A DNA stretch of 64,000 nt. Source: an uncultured Planctomycetaceae bacterium (lineage in GTDB: Bacteria > Planctomycetota > Planctomycetia > Isosphaerales > Isosphaeraceae). Location of the stretch: assembly GCA_963833985.1 (NCBI GenBank), contig CAWIAD010000002.1, forward strand, positions 2,496,001 through 2,560,000, in the 5' to 3' direction. Below the pieces are notes generated by a model, which had not been told where the DNA came from, searched no databases, and was given only the letters and a program-made list of their open reading frames with translations. The translations under genes and the position numbers were made by a program. Shown here piece by piece: positions 1 to 11,672 of the stretch (position 1 is the stretch's first letter; each line of letters begins with the position of its first letter).

Positions 1-391
1 AGGAGAGCCGCTCCAGGAACCGATCGATGAATTCCCGGGGCACGATCTTGCTGCGCCGCAATGCCAGGAAACGCTCCAGGGCCAGGCCCAGAGTGAAGAT
101 GGAACACGCCGCCAGCGGCCAGAGCATGGGGTTGGCCCGCAGCAGGAGCTGAGACACGGTGGCCCGGTTCACGCCGGGCCGCTGGGCTGGAGCATCGTTC
201 GCGGCACCCGAGCCCTTTACCGTCCCGCCCGCGGCCGGAGCCGTTGCCGGGGCCGGGGGAGACGCTGCTTCCGCGTCAGTCCGGCGGGAACTTGTGGGAG
301 CTTGCGCCAGCACGGCGACGTGGGTCCGATTCAGGACCGCGATCACCGCGAGCATCGCGATCACCCGGAACACGGTGGTTGCACGAGGCAT
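1..391 (-). CDS. MotA/TolQ/ExbB proton-channel family protein, N-terminal part (runs off window)
   Basis: Read manually on - strand from ATG at 391: signal peptide MPRATTVFRVIAMLAVIAVL, Pro/Ala linker, then NPMLWPLAACSIFTLGLALERFLALRRSKIVPREF, the typical first TM of ExbB/TolQ. Confidence 0.75.
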   Translation of the reverse strand, partial: MPRATTVFRVIAMLAVIAVLNRTHVAVLAQAPTSSRRTDAEAASPPAPATAPAAGGTVKGSGAANDAPAQRPGVNRATVSQLLLRANPMLWPLAACSIFTLGLALERFLALRRSKIVPREFIDRFLERLS

Positions 392-628
392 GAAACCGTC
401 CCTTGAGGATTGCCTCCGCATCGGCGTGAACTCGACGCGTCGTCCGTACGCGATGACGAATCTCGAATGCGGGACACGCTGCGCTCGGGTCTTGCGGCAG
501 CTAGTGATTCTAGCTCTCCCCCCCTCCCTGTCAATCGATCCCGCAAAAGCGAGCATGGATCGGGCAGCGTGCCGCCTTCACCGACATTCTCCGGAGTGCC
601 GCAGTGTGCTCCGTGCCGGCCCTGCGCG

Positions 629-2189
629 TCACCGCTTCGGCTGCTCCACAATCAGCAGGGTTGGGCGACGGGCTTCCCATTGGCCCTTGGCTTCCCTGCT
701 GACGAACATGTAGCCCGACCAGTTGATCTTCTTACCTGAGCGGTCCTCGCTCAGGAACCGCAGCAAGAGGCCGTGTCGACCGCTGGAGGCAGCGGCCTGA
801 GCGCGGACCAGAGGCGTCACGTCGAATACCTTCCAGCCATCGCCTGCGGTGAACTCGTACCTGGCGAGAGGCTCCGGGGAGTATTCGGGCTGAGTCTCCC
901 AGGAAACCTTCTCTGGCCAGTCCTGCGTGACCTCGAACGCCAGCACAGATCCCGGCCTCGCATGCACCGTCGTCCTGCGGGAGTAGAGTGCCAGGACGAA
1001 ACGCCGCTCCGGCGAGCCGGCATCCTGGACCGGCACCGCTCCCCACTGTATGAGCGTACGGACACCGCCATCGTTATTGGCAACGCCCAGGTTGTCCACC
1101 TCACCGTGTGCCCAGTCGGGCATGTACGACAGCACCATGCCGTCCCTGGTGATCGCCGAGGTACCGACGATGTGCCCCTCGACGGAACGGGCCAGGTCTG
1201 GATCGATCCCTTTCGGCCCTGGCGGCTCCTGTTTCGGGTTGGCCTGGGTGGCTTGCGGAAGGGAGTTCGACGATCCGGTCCTGTCCCCTCCGGATGGCCG
1301 ATTCAGCGCGCCTGGGGTTTCCACGCCGTGCTTGGTCACGGCAACGACCCCGACGAGCATGATAGAGGCTGGAATCAGCACGCAAGCAATCGCTTTCGAC
1401 GTGTACAAGAGCATGAGCTTGAGCACTCCCTGACTACGGGAAAACAATTCTGGTAGAACCAGGCCGGTGGGGCTGACCCCGCGGGTAACGCCCAACGAGG
1501 CCCGGACGGTCGAGCTAAGCAGTTCGGGTGGAACGCTCACCGGGAACTCCGGCAGCCTTGGATGAATGAAAAAGCGAGAACCCGGGACGAGACCACGGCG
1601 GATGAGCCGGTCCCGCAACATCGAGCGTGCCCGTGCCAGCCGGCCGCGCACGGTATCTTCTTTCACACGGAGTTGCCGGGCCGCCTCCAGGTAGCTCATG
1701 CCTTCGAGATGGCAGAGCACGATGGGCGCCTGGTACTTCTCGGGCAGCGTACGGATCTCCTCGTGAAGCTCCGGGGCAAAACGGTGCCGGTCATCGCTGA
1801 CGAGATCGGAAGTCATCGCGGCGGCCGCCGTCTCGTGCCGTCGCCTTCGAGCGCTGCTGATCCTCGCTTTCAGGGCCGTCCGGTGGGCGACTCCAAAGAG
1901 CCAGTTGCTCAATCGGTCCCGGTCGGCGATCCGCCGGGCCTTGCGCCAGCACCAGGAAAGTGGCCTGGAAAGCGTCCTCGGCGGCATGAGGGTCGGCCAG
2001 AACCGACCGGCAGACGCGCAGGACCATCGGCCCGTGCCGCCGGACCAGGAGCTCGAAGGCGGCCTCGGCGGTCTCACCCGGCTCGCTGGAGAAGAGTTCC
2101 AGCAATCGGCCGTCCGACAACCCGCCGAGTGCTCCGCAGCCCAGGAGCGTTTGCACGGAACCGACGACGCCCATGTGTCCGCTCGCCAT
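629..2189 (-). CDS. ECF sigma-70 factor with TM segment and C-terminal extracytoplasmic (DNRLRE-like) domain; frameshift near 1945
   Basis: ORF 1791..2252 gives sigma2 (LSDGRLLE..AAFELLVRRHGPMV..AEDAFQATFLVLA); ORF 629..2077 continues (LSNWLFGVAHR..LPEKYQAPIVLCHLEGMSYLEAARQL..TVRGRLARAR), then TM and a beta-rich domain (WKVFDVTPLV..HGLLLR..RPTLLI). Confidence 0.85.
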
Positions 2190-2487
2190 TGCCCGGCCCC
2201 TTTCCGACGCTTGCCGTTCCTGATGTACTGCCCGCTCGTGGGCTTTCCTCACGGGCTGTGCGCCGTTTTCCAGAAGTCGTCAGCAGGTTCTGAGCGACAG
2301 GATCACTGGCACTCTCTTTGGTCTTGATGAGAAGATGACGCGATCGGCCTTCAGGCTGGCTGGCCCCGAGCGCACGATTGGACCTCTCCCAGGCGCCGGG
2401 CTTTCGCTCATCCGCAAGGTACGAACTTCTGCCGCGATCATCCTCGACGAATCATGTGCACGTCCACAAGCAAGGGAGGCGCGACGT

Positions 2488-2979
2488 ATGTTCGGGCGCA
2501 AGAGCACGAGTGCCGCGGGCAGTCTCCTGCTGGCCCTGGGATTTCTGCTGGCTGGCTGTGCCGGCAAGCATGAGGGCCCGGCGAGTCCCAGCCCGGATCC
2601 CGAGCTCTCCAGGCGGGGGACAATCGAGGTCACTGCCCGGCTGCTGGAGATCCCCGAGGGAGCGATCTTCGAGCGGCAGCTCTACAACTACGCGACTGTC
2701 CTGAAGTACCAGGTGCTGGAGGTCCACCGCGGAAGGGTCAAGGGCGATATCATCTACGTCGGCCACTACAACCCGGCCAGGCCCCGTTCCAAGGTGGCCG
2801 ACAAGCGGGTCACGGACGTTGGCGGCAACCTGAAGGAGTTCCGCCCCGGCCAGGTGGAGCGCATGGCGCTGGAGGGCTCCATGCTTGACCACTTCTCAGG
2901 CGGGATCCTCAACAAGTATTCCGGGGAAGACACCGATCCGATCTACTGGGCCGTCTGGACCGACCTGGTCAGCAATTGA
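2488..2979 (+). CDS. Hypothetical lipoprotein
   Basis: GGGAGG RBS, lipobox LLAGC, first gene of the algI/algJ run. Confidence 0.7.
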   Translation: MFGRKSTSAAGSLLLALGFLLAGCAGKHEGPASPSPDPELSRRGTIEVTARLLEIPEGAIFERQLYNYATVLKYQVLEVHRGRVKGDIIYVGHYNPARPRSKVADKRVTDVGGNLKEFRPGQVERMALEGSMLDHFSGGILNKYSGEDTDPIYWAVWTDLVSN

Positions 2980-3044
2980 GCGGCCATGCGATGCGGGCAC
3001 ACGCGCCTTGACCGATCTCCCGCGCTCACCCGGTTTGGCGGACC

Positions 3045-4485
3045 ATGGTCTTCACGACGCACCTCTTCGTCTTCTACTTCTTGCCGCTGGTCCTGGCCCT
3101 CTACTACGCCCTGCATGTGTCGCTGCGCCAGGCGGGCCAGCCGTACGGGCGCATGGAGCTGGTGCTCAACGGCTTTCTCATGGCGGCCAGCTACGTCTTT
3201 TACGGCTGGTGGAACCCCTGGTTCATTCTGCTCATGCTGGCCGTCACCGTGCTCAACCACGTGTGCGGACGGATCATCGACCGGCCAGGTCTCGGGCCTG
3301 CCCTGAAGTTCTGGGTCGTCACCTGGGCCATCGTCGCCAGTCTGGCCACGCTCGGCTTCTTCAAGTACTTCACGTTCTTCGAGACCAACCTGAACCACGT
3401 GCTCGCCTGGTCGGGAGCCCCCACGGTGCGTGTGCTGGCAATTACCTTGCCCATCGGCATCTCCTTCTACACGTTCCATGCGCTCAGCTACACCATCGAC
3501 GTCTATCGCGGAACGGCCCATCGGGTGCGCTCGTTCGTGGATTTCGCCTGCTACATCGCGCTCTTTCCCCAGCTCGTCGCCGGGCCGATCATCCGCTACA
3601 ACACAGTGGCCGACCAGCTCGTGAGCCGCGCACACCCGGGAGAAATTCGCATCCGGGGTCGTGCTGTTCATCCTGGGCTTCGCCAAGAAGGTCTTGCTGG
3701 CCAATCCGCTGGGGCGGGTCGCGGACGCCGCGTTCAACGCCGAGTCGCTCGCCATGCCGGACGCCTGGTTCGGCGCGGTGGCCTACGCTTTCCAGATTTA
3801 CTTTGATTTCTCGGGCTATTCCGACATGGCCATCGGGCTGGGACGGATGTTCGGATTCGAGTTCCTGAAGAACTTCGATGCTCCCTACAAGGCCGACAGC
3901 ATCACGGACTTCTGGCGCCGCTGGCACATTTCGCTCAGTACGTTCCTGCGCGATTATCTTTACATTCCTCTGGGAGGCAACCGGAAAGGACCGCGGCGGA
4001 CGTACGTCAACCTGATCGTGGTGATGCTGCTGGGCGGCCTCTGGCACGGGGCGAACTGGACCTTCGTGGCCTGGGGCGCGTATCACGGCTGCCTGCTGGC
4101 GCTGGAGCGGTTCCGGGGCAAGCGCAGCACCTATGAAACCTGGCCGCGCGCCGTGCGCTTGGCGGTCACCTTCGTCCTGGTCCTGTTTTCCTGGGTCCTG
4201 TTCCGCTCGGCAAGCCTGCACGATGCGATCCAGTACGCGAGCGTGATGATCGGCCGCGGGCAGGCTGGCACCGGCATGCTGCTGCTGCCTGCGTTGCTCT
4301 ACACGCAAGGGACCATCCTCATCATGGCGCTCGGGGCCCTGGTCATCGCTTCACCGGTGCAGGCGCACGAGTGGAGCAGGGATGTCACCTGCACCAGAGC
4401 CGCGCTGGTGCTGCCGCTCTTTTGCGGCTCGCTCCTGGCCATGTTCGCGCAAGCCTTCAACCCGTTCCTCTACTTCCAGTTCTGA
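3045..4485 (+). CDS. algI: MBOAT family O-acyltransferase (AlgI-like); frameshift near 3630
   Basis: LPIGISFYTF, FPQLVAGPIIRY, QIYFDFSGYSDMAIG, FWRRWHISLSTFLRDYLYIPLGG, GLWHGANWTF and C-terminal PFLYFQF across ORFs 3045..3806 and 3661..4485. Confidence 0.92.
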
Positions 4486-4503
4486 TTGGCCAGCAGGTGA
4501 AAC

Positions 4504-5668
4504 ATGCGCTCGGACCGCTGGGGGCAGATCATCGTGGTGGGCGGTTTCCTGGCCGTGATCACCGCGCCAGGGGTCGTTCAGCTCGTCGCCGAGCTGCAAA
4601 GCGGAGAGCGGCCACGCGTACTCGACATTTTCCACCAGCCGCCGACGGCCCGCAACCTGCACGCCTATGAGAAGGGCCTGGAGCAAGGCAGTCCCGTGGT
4701 TGAGAAGCTTCGGCCAAGGATGCAATACTTCCAGTGGAGGTTTCTCGCCGATGCCGGCGAGAACGCGGTCCTGGGACGTCGCGGCTGGCTCTTCTACCGG
4801 CCGAGCGTTCGCTATGCCATCGAGCGCCCGGCCGTGGCTGCCGAGGCAGATTCCCCCGGTCCGCTGGCCGCAATCGTGTCCTTCCGCGATCAGTTGCAAG
4901 CGCGGGATCGGGCTGATGGTCGTTCCTGTGCCGGACAAGGAGAGCGTGTATCCGGAGCAGCTTGCCCGACGCGCGGAGGACGCGGGCGTTGTCATGTGCG
5001 GGGAGACGCGTGCCTTGCTTCGCCAGATGCAGCAGTCCGGCATCGAGTTCGTGGACCTCTTCGAGGCCTTCGGCCGCGCCAGGCTGGAGCAAGACCGCCC
5101 GCTCGCCACACCGCTCTACCTGGCGCAGGACAGCCACTGGTCGCCCGCGGGGATCCGCGTGGCCGCGGCCGCCGTGGCCCGGCGCGTGCGCGCGGGAGGT
5201 GTCATCTCCTCCCAGGGGAACCGGAGCTACGCGGAGCGTCCGATTGCCGTGGAACGCCATGGAGATCTCGTGGAGATGCTCCAGGTGCCGCAGATCGAGC
5301 GCACGCTCACGCCGGAACGGATCGTCTGCCGCCAGGTCGTCCTGCCGGACACCGAAGCGTCCTACCGCGACGCGGTGGAATCCGAGATCTTGATCCTCGG
5401 CGACAGCTTCCTGCGGATCTTCGAGCAGGACGAGCCGCAAGCCGCCGGGTTCATCGCGCACCTGGCCCGTGAGCTTCGCCAGCCGCTGACCTCGATCGTG
5501 AATGACGGCGGAGCGTCCACGCTGGTCCGCCAGGCCCTGGCACGAAGGCCCGCGCTGCTCGTGAACAAGAGGCTGGTGATCTGGGAATTCGCCGAGCGCG
5601 ATATCCGCTTCGGTACCGAAGGGTGGCAGGTCGTTCCCCTCACCCGCACGGCAGGGTCCCCTCGGTGA
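4504..5668 (+). CDS. AlgJ/AlgX-type SGNH-like O-acetyltransferase; frameshift near 4900
   Basis: N-terminal TM, GRRGWLFY, VPVPDKESVYPE, DSHWS (DxHW) and ILGDSF motifs; directly after the MBOAT gene. Confidence 0.85.
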
Positions 5669-5853
5669 GCGCTTCTTTCCGCGTCCGGAAATCTTGCTGG
5701 ACGCTTCGCGATCTGCGTCATGTCGCCTTGCAACGCATCTCCCCGACAACACAAGATGAAGTGAACGTTTCTCGCGCACCTTTTTTCGATGGTGCTTGCT
5801 CAACTTCCCTGCCAGGTGGCTCGAGCGATGAGGAGAGACCCGGAGGCCAGGCC

Positions 5854-6111
5854 ATGAATTCGATCAGCGGCGGATTGCGACTGGCTCTCCTGGGAGCCTG
5901 CGTGCTGGGAGCGGCCGGCTGCGCGGAGGACAATGAGGCTGCCATCAAGGAGCAGGCGGCCCGTGCCAAAGGGACGATCCCCGGGTCTCGCACGGCCCAG
6001 GCAAAGACCCAGGAAGAGTATTACGAGATCACTCCCGGGCTTCAGGGGGCAGGGTCGCCCGCCGGGGTCCGCCCGGACCAGGGCGCCGGTTATCCCGTCG
6101 CGAAGAAATAG
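5854..6111 (+). CDS. Small lipoprotein, DUF1559-associated
   Basis: GGAGG RBS, lipobox GAAGC; next to a DUF1559 gene, as is common in planctomycetes. Confidence 0.65.
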   Translation: MNSISGGLRLALLGACVLGAAGCAEDNEAAIKEQAARAKGTIPGSRTAQAKTQEEYYEITPGLQGAGSPAGVRPDQGAGYPVAKK

Positions 6112-6161
6112 CCGCGATCCGCGGCCTGATGGTCACGCATCGTCAGAGGAGGAGAGGGAAC

Positions 6162-7304
6162 ATGCGTCGGAGGAACCACGGATTTACCTTGATCGAGCTG
6201 CTGGTGGTGATTTCCATCATTGCCATACTCATCTCCTTGCTTCTGCCGGCCGTTCAGTCCGCCCGCGAAGCGGCCCGGCGGACGCAGTGCACGAACAATC
6301 TCAAGCAACTCGGCCTGGCCATGCAAAACTACGTCAGTTCCAATGAGGCCTTGCCGCCGGTCACGGTGGACTGTCCGGCGAGCAATTGCGCCTACGGCCC
6401 CTTGCCGAATAACTCTCCGTTTCCGCATCAAAACTGGTCGCAGCAGGCGCGGCTCTTGCCGTATCTGGAGCAGACGCCGCTCTACAACGCCATCAACTGG
6501 ACCTTCGGCGCCCGCTGGGGCGACGGCGACAACGTGTATAACGACACCAATCCGCCGGACAACGCAACGGGAGGCAGGGACAGCATCCCTCAGATGACCG
6601 TCCTGGTCACGTCGGTCGCTGCGTTCCTCTGCCCATCGGATATCAACCCCGGCTCCTCCGGCACCTTCGCCGTCGGGGGCTTCAACAGGCTGGTGGGCGC
6701 CAGCAACTACGCGGGCAACATCGGACTGAACCGCCGGCTGACCGGCGGCAAGGTCGATTCGAGCTGGAAGCTGAACGGCCCCAATTACGTCGCCAGCACC
6801 TGGGATGCCACCGTCAACCAGACCACGAACCTCGCCACGTTCGAGGACGGCACGAGCAACACGGCCATCTTCAGCGAGTGGATCAAGGGGCAGGGAGTGG
6901 CGACGGGCGCTTCCAGGAACGGTCTGCTGGAAGTGTACAACCTGGGCGAAAATTCCAACTTCTATTCATCCGATTATCAATTCATGCAGCTTTGCAACAC
7001 GGTTCCAATCACCAGCGCCAACCAGCAGTGGCAATGGAAGGGAGAGTGGTGGGGTTACGGCGGGACAATGATCTACTCACACACCCAGACTCCCAACCGC
7101 ACCAGTTGCGTTTATCACGACCTGAACCAGGACCCTCGCGGCTCCATCACCATGATCGGGGCCAGCTCCAACCACCCCGGCGGTGTCAACGTGCTGTTCA
7201 TGGACGGTTCGGTCCGGTTCGTCAAGAACTCGGTCAATTTCCTCTACTGGTATGCCATCGCCACGCCGAAGTACGGCGAGATCGTCAGTGCGGACGCATT
7301 CTGA
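6162..7304 (+). CDS. DUF1559 family protein (prepilin-type N-terminal cleavage/methylation, H-X9-DG motif)
   Basis: [47 protein letters not shown] and [18 protein letters not shown]. Confidence 0.95.
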   Translation: MRRRNHGFTLIELLVVISIIAILISLLLPAVQSAREAARRTQCTNNLKQLGLAMQNYVSSNEALPPVTVDCPASNCAYGPLPNNSPFPHQNWSQQARLLPYLEQTPLYNAINWTFGARWGDGDNVYNDTNPPDNATGGRDSIPQMTVLVTSVAAFLCPSDINPGSSGTFAVGGFNRLVGASNYAGNIGLNRRLTGGKVDSSWKLNGPNYVASTWDATVNQTTNLATFEDGTSNTAIFSEWIKGQGVATGASRNGLLEVYNLGENSNFYSSDYQFMQLCNTVPITSANQQWQWKGEWWGYGGTMIYSHTQTPNRTSCVYHDLNQDPRGSITMIGASSNHPGGVNVLFMDGSVRFVKNSVNFLYWYAIATPKYGEIVSADAF

Positions 7305-7418
7305 CGTGTGCCTGAAAGAGGGGACGACGAAGCCAGTCCGATCCGCGCGCCGCATCGGGTTTGCGGATCGGGACCGGCCTGCGTGCCTGAACCCGTGAGG
7401 CAAGCCCTTGATCCCCCT

Positions 7419-8371
7419 TCAGAGGGCCGCCTCACAATGGACCTTTCCCCGGGCCAGGCTCCTGAGCTTCTGCAAGGCCCCTTCCTGGATCTGGCGGACC
7501 CGCTCCTTCGAGACGTCGAGCAGCTCGCTGACCTGGCTCAGTGAATGGATTTCCCTGCCGGCAAGGCCATATCGGAGCTGGAGCACCACCTGCTCGCGCG
7601 GTTTGAGCTGTTCCAGCAGGGTAACCAGGTACTCGTCCAGCTCTGCCGGCTGCGATTCCTCCGCCGGGGGATAGGTCAGCCCTTCCAGCAGCGATGAGCC
7701 CTCGTCGGTTCGCAGGCTGGCGTTCAGCGAGATCGTCGGACGGGTCGCCGATTGGATCTGGCGGATCGTGTCGGCCGAACCGCCCGGGCGCGGTTTCGCC
7801 CCGGTTTCCGTGACTCCGTGTGCCCGGTGTTGCTCATGGCGAGCTGTTGCAGATGCCGCGGGTTGAGCCGCACCGGGTACGCCCCTGCGGCAACTGCACG
7901 CTGTAGCGACTGGCGGATCCACCACACCGCGTACGAGGCCAGCCGGGTGTCCCTCGAAGGCTGGAAACGGTCGATGCCCTTGAGCAGTCCGCAGAACCCC
8001 TCTTGCAAGAGGTCCGAATTGGCGATTCCGCGGTTCTGATACCGCCTGGCCACGTGGGCCACCAGCCGCAGGTTGGCCATGGCCAGCCTGGTGCGGATCT
8101 CGTTGTACTGCACGGCCAGCGAGACGAGCGAGCGCAAGAGATCGTTCTTCGCCGTGTGACCGTTCAGGAGGTGCCGGACGATTGCCTGAATCTCCGCCTC
8201 CTCCGCGAACGTACCGTCCAGCATGGGGCGCAGATCGAGTAGCCGTTTCTTCAAGCCGTCGAGTTCCAGGATCAGGACTCGCTCCTGGTCAGCACTCAGG
8301 ACCTGCACGTCGGGCCGGTTCAAAAGCGCCGCGCTCACCTGGTCATAATTCTGGAGATAATCCCCCGACAT
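7419..8371 (-). CDS. Sigma-70 family (RpoD/RpoS-like, non-ECF) sigma factor; frameshift near 7770
   Basis: Region 2 LAMANLRLVAHVARRYQNRG..DLLQEGFCGLLKGIDRF..YAVWWIRQ; region 4 LKPREQVVLQLRYGL..VSKERVRQIQEGALQKLR. Confidence 0.88.
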
Positions 8372-9122
8372 CGCTCGTCGCTCCCTGCAAAATCCAGCTC
8401 GAACACGGAATCCTCGACAGCATCGAAATCGAGAAACAGCATATGTCGTAGTGCGGGCGCGTTCGCGTCCGCGCGGTGCGTCCGGCCCTGGCTGATCGCG
8501 ATCGGCCAGGGACGAAACACGTCCGTTCGTTGCACGGCCGCACCCGGCGCGGCTCTTCATCGATCTGGCGATGGAGATCGCAAAGATCGAAAATGGCGTT
8601 GGGGAAGGCCCCTGCAACCCGCAAGGTTGCGACGGATTCCCGTCCGAGGGGTCAGGTGCGGATGACGCGGCCCCAAGATTTTACATGTGTGGTGGGACGA
8701 TAGCCCGTGTCGTACCGCACCGGGATCGGCTGGCACCGCCAGGGTCGCGGAACGCCGCAACCCGCCACCGCTGACAGCAATCGATCGGCAGCCCGTTCGA
8801 GCGTCCCCAACCAGCACACCCGCCCGCTGCTCGCGGCAGCCGGCCAGAGGAGCCGATTCCGACCCAGATCAGGATTGCGATCGAAAACCATGCGGCCCTT
8901 CACGGTCGAGACTCCAGAGGAACCCACAAGGAGCTTTTCCCACTCCAACCTCGCCTTGCTGTTCCTACCTCCCTATACGAAGCAGGTGCCTGACTGTCTC
9001 GCGCGATTCGCGTTTTTTGTTCGACGAGATCTCCAAACGTGGTAACATCAACGTCTGGAAGTCCTCGAATGAATTGACTCAATTTCCGTGCTGTTCGGCA
9101 TTTATGTCCGGGAGTCGAGGTC

Positions 9123-9879
9123 TTGGAAGACGTACGGAACGAGCCCCGGCTGAGCGAGCTGTCCACGCAATGGACCATGCTTTTTCGGGCGCACCAGGGT
9201 ACACCGGAGGAAGTCGGCGACGCCTTGCGGTTGATGATGCTGCGCTATTCCGGAGCCGTGCATCGCTACTTCTTGAAGACCGTCGGGGATCCAGAGGAGG
9301 TCAACGAGCTGGACCAGGAGTTCGCGTTGCGGTTCCTGAAAGGAAGCTTCCTGAAGTACAACCCGAGCTTCGGCCGGTTCCGAGACTACGTCAAGGGAGC
9401 GGTTCGCAACCTGATGATCGACTACCACCGCCGCCGGGGCAAAACGGTCCCGCTGGACACCGAACTGGAGATGCAGGTCGTCGGGGCATCGGGGCTCGAG
9501 GACCTGGACGAGAAGATCATCGACGCCTGGCGCGATGACCTGCTGGACCGCGCGTGGAACGCGCTCATCGACTTCGAGAAGCGCACCGGGCAGCCTTATC
9601 ACACGGTCCTGAAATTCCGGGTGAGCCATCCCGACGACACCTCGGCGCAGATGGCGGAGAAGCTTGCGCCTCGGCTGGGCCGTCCACTCACCGCCGGTGC
9701 CTTCCGACAGCTCTTGCTCCGCGCGGGACAGGTGGGCGGGATCGCTCATCGATGAGGTCAAGGTCAGCCTCAAGGAGCCCACGCGGGAGAACGTGGAGGA
9801 GGAGCTTGCGGACCTGCGTCTCCTGCACCTGTGCAAGCCGGTACTCGGCCGCGTGAAGTTCGATGGAAAGGACAACTGA
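9123..9879 (+). CDS. Planctomycete-type ECF sigma factor; frameshift near 9725
   Basis: STQWTML..LRYSGAVHRY..ELDQEFALRFL..GRFRDYVKGAVRNLMIDYHR..WRDDLLDRAW; C-terminus EVKVSLKEPTRENVEEELADLRLLHLC is in another frame. Confidence 0.75.
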
Positions 9880-9937
9880 ACCGCTGTGGATCGGCCTGTC
9901 CGGGCCAGACCAGGCCTGGCCAGGCGAGCTTCGGTGG

Positions 9938-11362
9938 TCAGCTTCCCACAAGGGCCTGGATCGCCGTGCCGGTGCTGATGGTGTAGGGGCGCCCGAGCGG
10001 ATCGCGAATCACCGAGTCGCCGGGCAGGCCCATCGCGCGATAGATGGTGGCGACGATGTCCTGCGGAGTGACGGCGTCGCGGGCGGGGTATGCCGCGTGG
10101 GCATCGCTGGCGCCGAAGACTGCCCCGGCGGGCATCCCGCCGCCGGCAAACAGCGCCGTGTAGCAGGCCGGCCAGTGATCGCGGCCGCCCCGATCGGCCC
10201 CGGCACTGCTGGTGATCTGGCCGACTCTGGGTGTGCGTCCGAACTCGCCCATGGCCACCACCAGCGTGGAGTCCAGCAGGCCGCGCTGGTGCAGGTCGGC
10301 CAGAAGCGCGGAGAATGCGCGATCGAACATGGGCAGGATCGACTGCTTGAGCAACGGGAAATGCTGCCGGTGAGTGTCCCAGGTCTGGTCGTAACGGGCG
10401 CCGGTGCAAACCGTGACCACCCGCACGCCGGCCTCGACCAGGCGGCGAGCCAGCAGCAGGCACTGCCCCAGGTGTGGCAGACCGCCGAACTGCCGCGCTT
10501 CCCTGGTGCGTGGGTTGTCCGGGTCAAGGCCGTAGCGCTCGCGGACCGCCTCCGGCTCACTCTCGATATTGAAGGCCCGCCGCGCTTCCGGGCTGGCGAT
10601 CAGTGCGAAGGCCTTGCGGTAGTGAGTGTCAAGACGTTCCACGGCGGAACCGTCGCCCAGGGCATGATCAACGGCAGCAAGCAACGCCCGGCGCTCTTTC
10701 ACGCGCAGGTCGGAGACCCCTTGCGGGGGCCTCAGCCCGGGCACCCGGTAGCCAGGGCGGCTCGGGTCGCCGGTGACGAACGGATCGAAAGCGGCGCCCA
10801 GAAAGCCCGAGGACTGGCCGGGCAGGAACGAGCCGTTGTTGCTCATCCAGTCCGGCGTCTGCACGAAGTCAGGCAGCGGCCGGCCGCCTGGCCGCAAGCT
10901 TGCGAGTACCGCACCGACGGGCGGAAAATTCTCTGGCCGTGGCGTGGTGATCAGCCCACCGGAGGCCGTGGGATCGCGACCGGTCATCGCCAGGTAGGCT
11001 CCGGCGTTATGGTCGTTGATCGTGTGATGGATCGAGCGGACGAGCGCCAGGTGGTGCGCCTGCTGCGCCAGAAGCGGCAGATGCTCGCAGAATAGCAGGC
11101 CGGGGAGGGTGGTGGCGATTGGTTTGAACTCGCCGCGCACATTTTCCGGCGCGTCCGGCTTCATGTCCCAGAGATCCTGGCCCGCCGGCCCTCCTTCTAA
11201 AAAGAAAAAGATGAGCGATTTTGCCCTGGCCCGCGGAGCGGCCGCACGCACCAGGTCGGCCAGGCTCGGGCCCAGGAAAGAGGCCGAGCCCACCTGGAGC
11301 ACCTCGCGGCGTGAAACGCCCTGGCAGAGCCGCCCACCGGCGACGGAGTTGATCCGCAGCAT
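9938..11362 (-). CDS. DUF1501 domain-containing protein
   Basis: Tat-like SRREVLQVG, FLEGGP..DLWDMKP, LLARRLVEAGVR, WDTH, MGEFGRTP, GRDHWP. Confidence 0.93.
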   Translation of the reverse strand: MLRINSVAGGRLCQGVSRREVLQVGSASFLGPSLADLVRAAAPRARAKSLIFFFLEGGPAGQDLWDMKPDAPENVRGEFKPIATTLPGLLFCEHLPLLAQQAHHLALVRSIHHTINDHNAGAYLAMTGRDPTASGGLITTPRPENFPPVGAVLASLRPGGRPLPDFVQTPDWMSNNGSFLPGQSSGFLGAAFDPFVTGDPSRPGYRVPGLRPPQGVSDLRVKERRALLAAVDHALGDGSAVERLDTHYRKAFALIASPEARRAFNIESEPEAVRERYGLDPDNPRTREARQFGGLPHLGQCLLLARRLVEAGVRVVTVCTGARYDQTWDTHRQHFPLLKQSILPMFDRAFSALLADLHQRGLLDSTLVVAMGEFGRTPRVGQITSSAGADRGGRDHWPACYTALFAGGGMPAGAVFGASDAHAAYPARDAVTPQDIVATIYRAMGLPGDSVIRDPLGRPYTISTGTAIQALVGS

Positions 11363-11672
11363 GGCTGATTCCCGAGAGCGCTAAAGGACGTTGACCACCT
11401 GCGCGGCATTGTTCACGCTCGATAGGACCATTCTCGCGCCCCGCACGCGTTTGGACCAGAGTGTTCTCACCCAGCGGGCCGGCAAGTCGCCCCGGAGCCG
11501 TGTGTGCCCCTCGCGTCAAGGTTGACGCAAAATCGAATCACATTTCCGCAAAAGCGGATTGCGGCTCCCGTTCACAGGAGGTCAAATCCCCTTGGCAGAG
11601 TGAATCTCCCCACAGCAGCCGCGTCGCCCGGACGCGAGCAACCACGGTCCTTCCAGATTGGGATTCGTTGAC

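Noticed and set aside
8600..8660. Riboswitch or ncRNA in the sigma-factor intergenic region (GCAACC-CGCAA-GGTTGC hairpin)
   Set aside because: Only two short hairpins; no match to a family I can recognise
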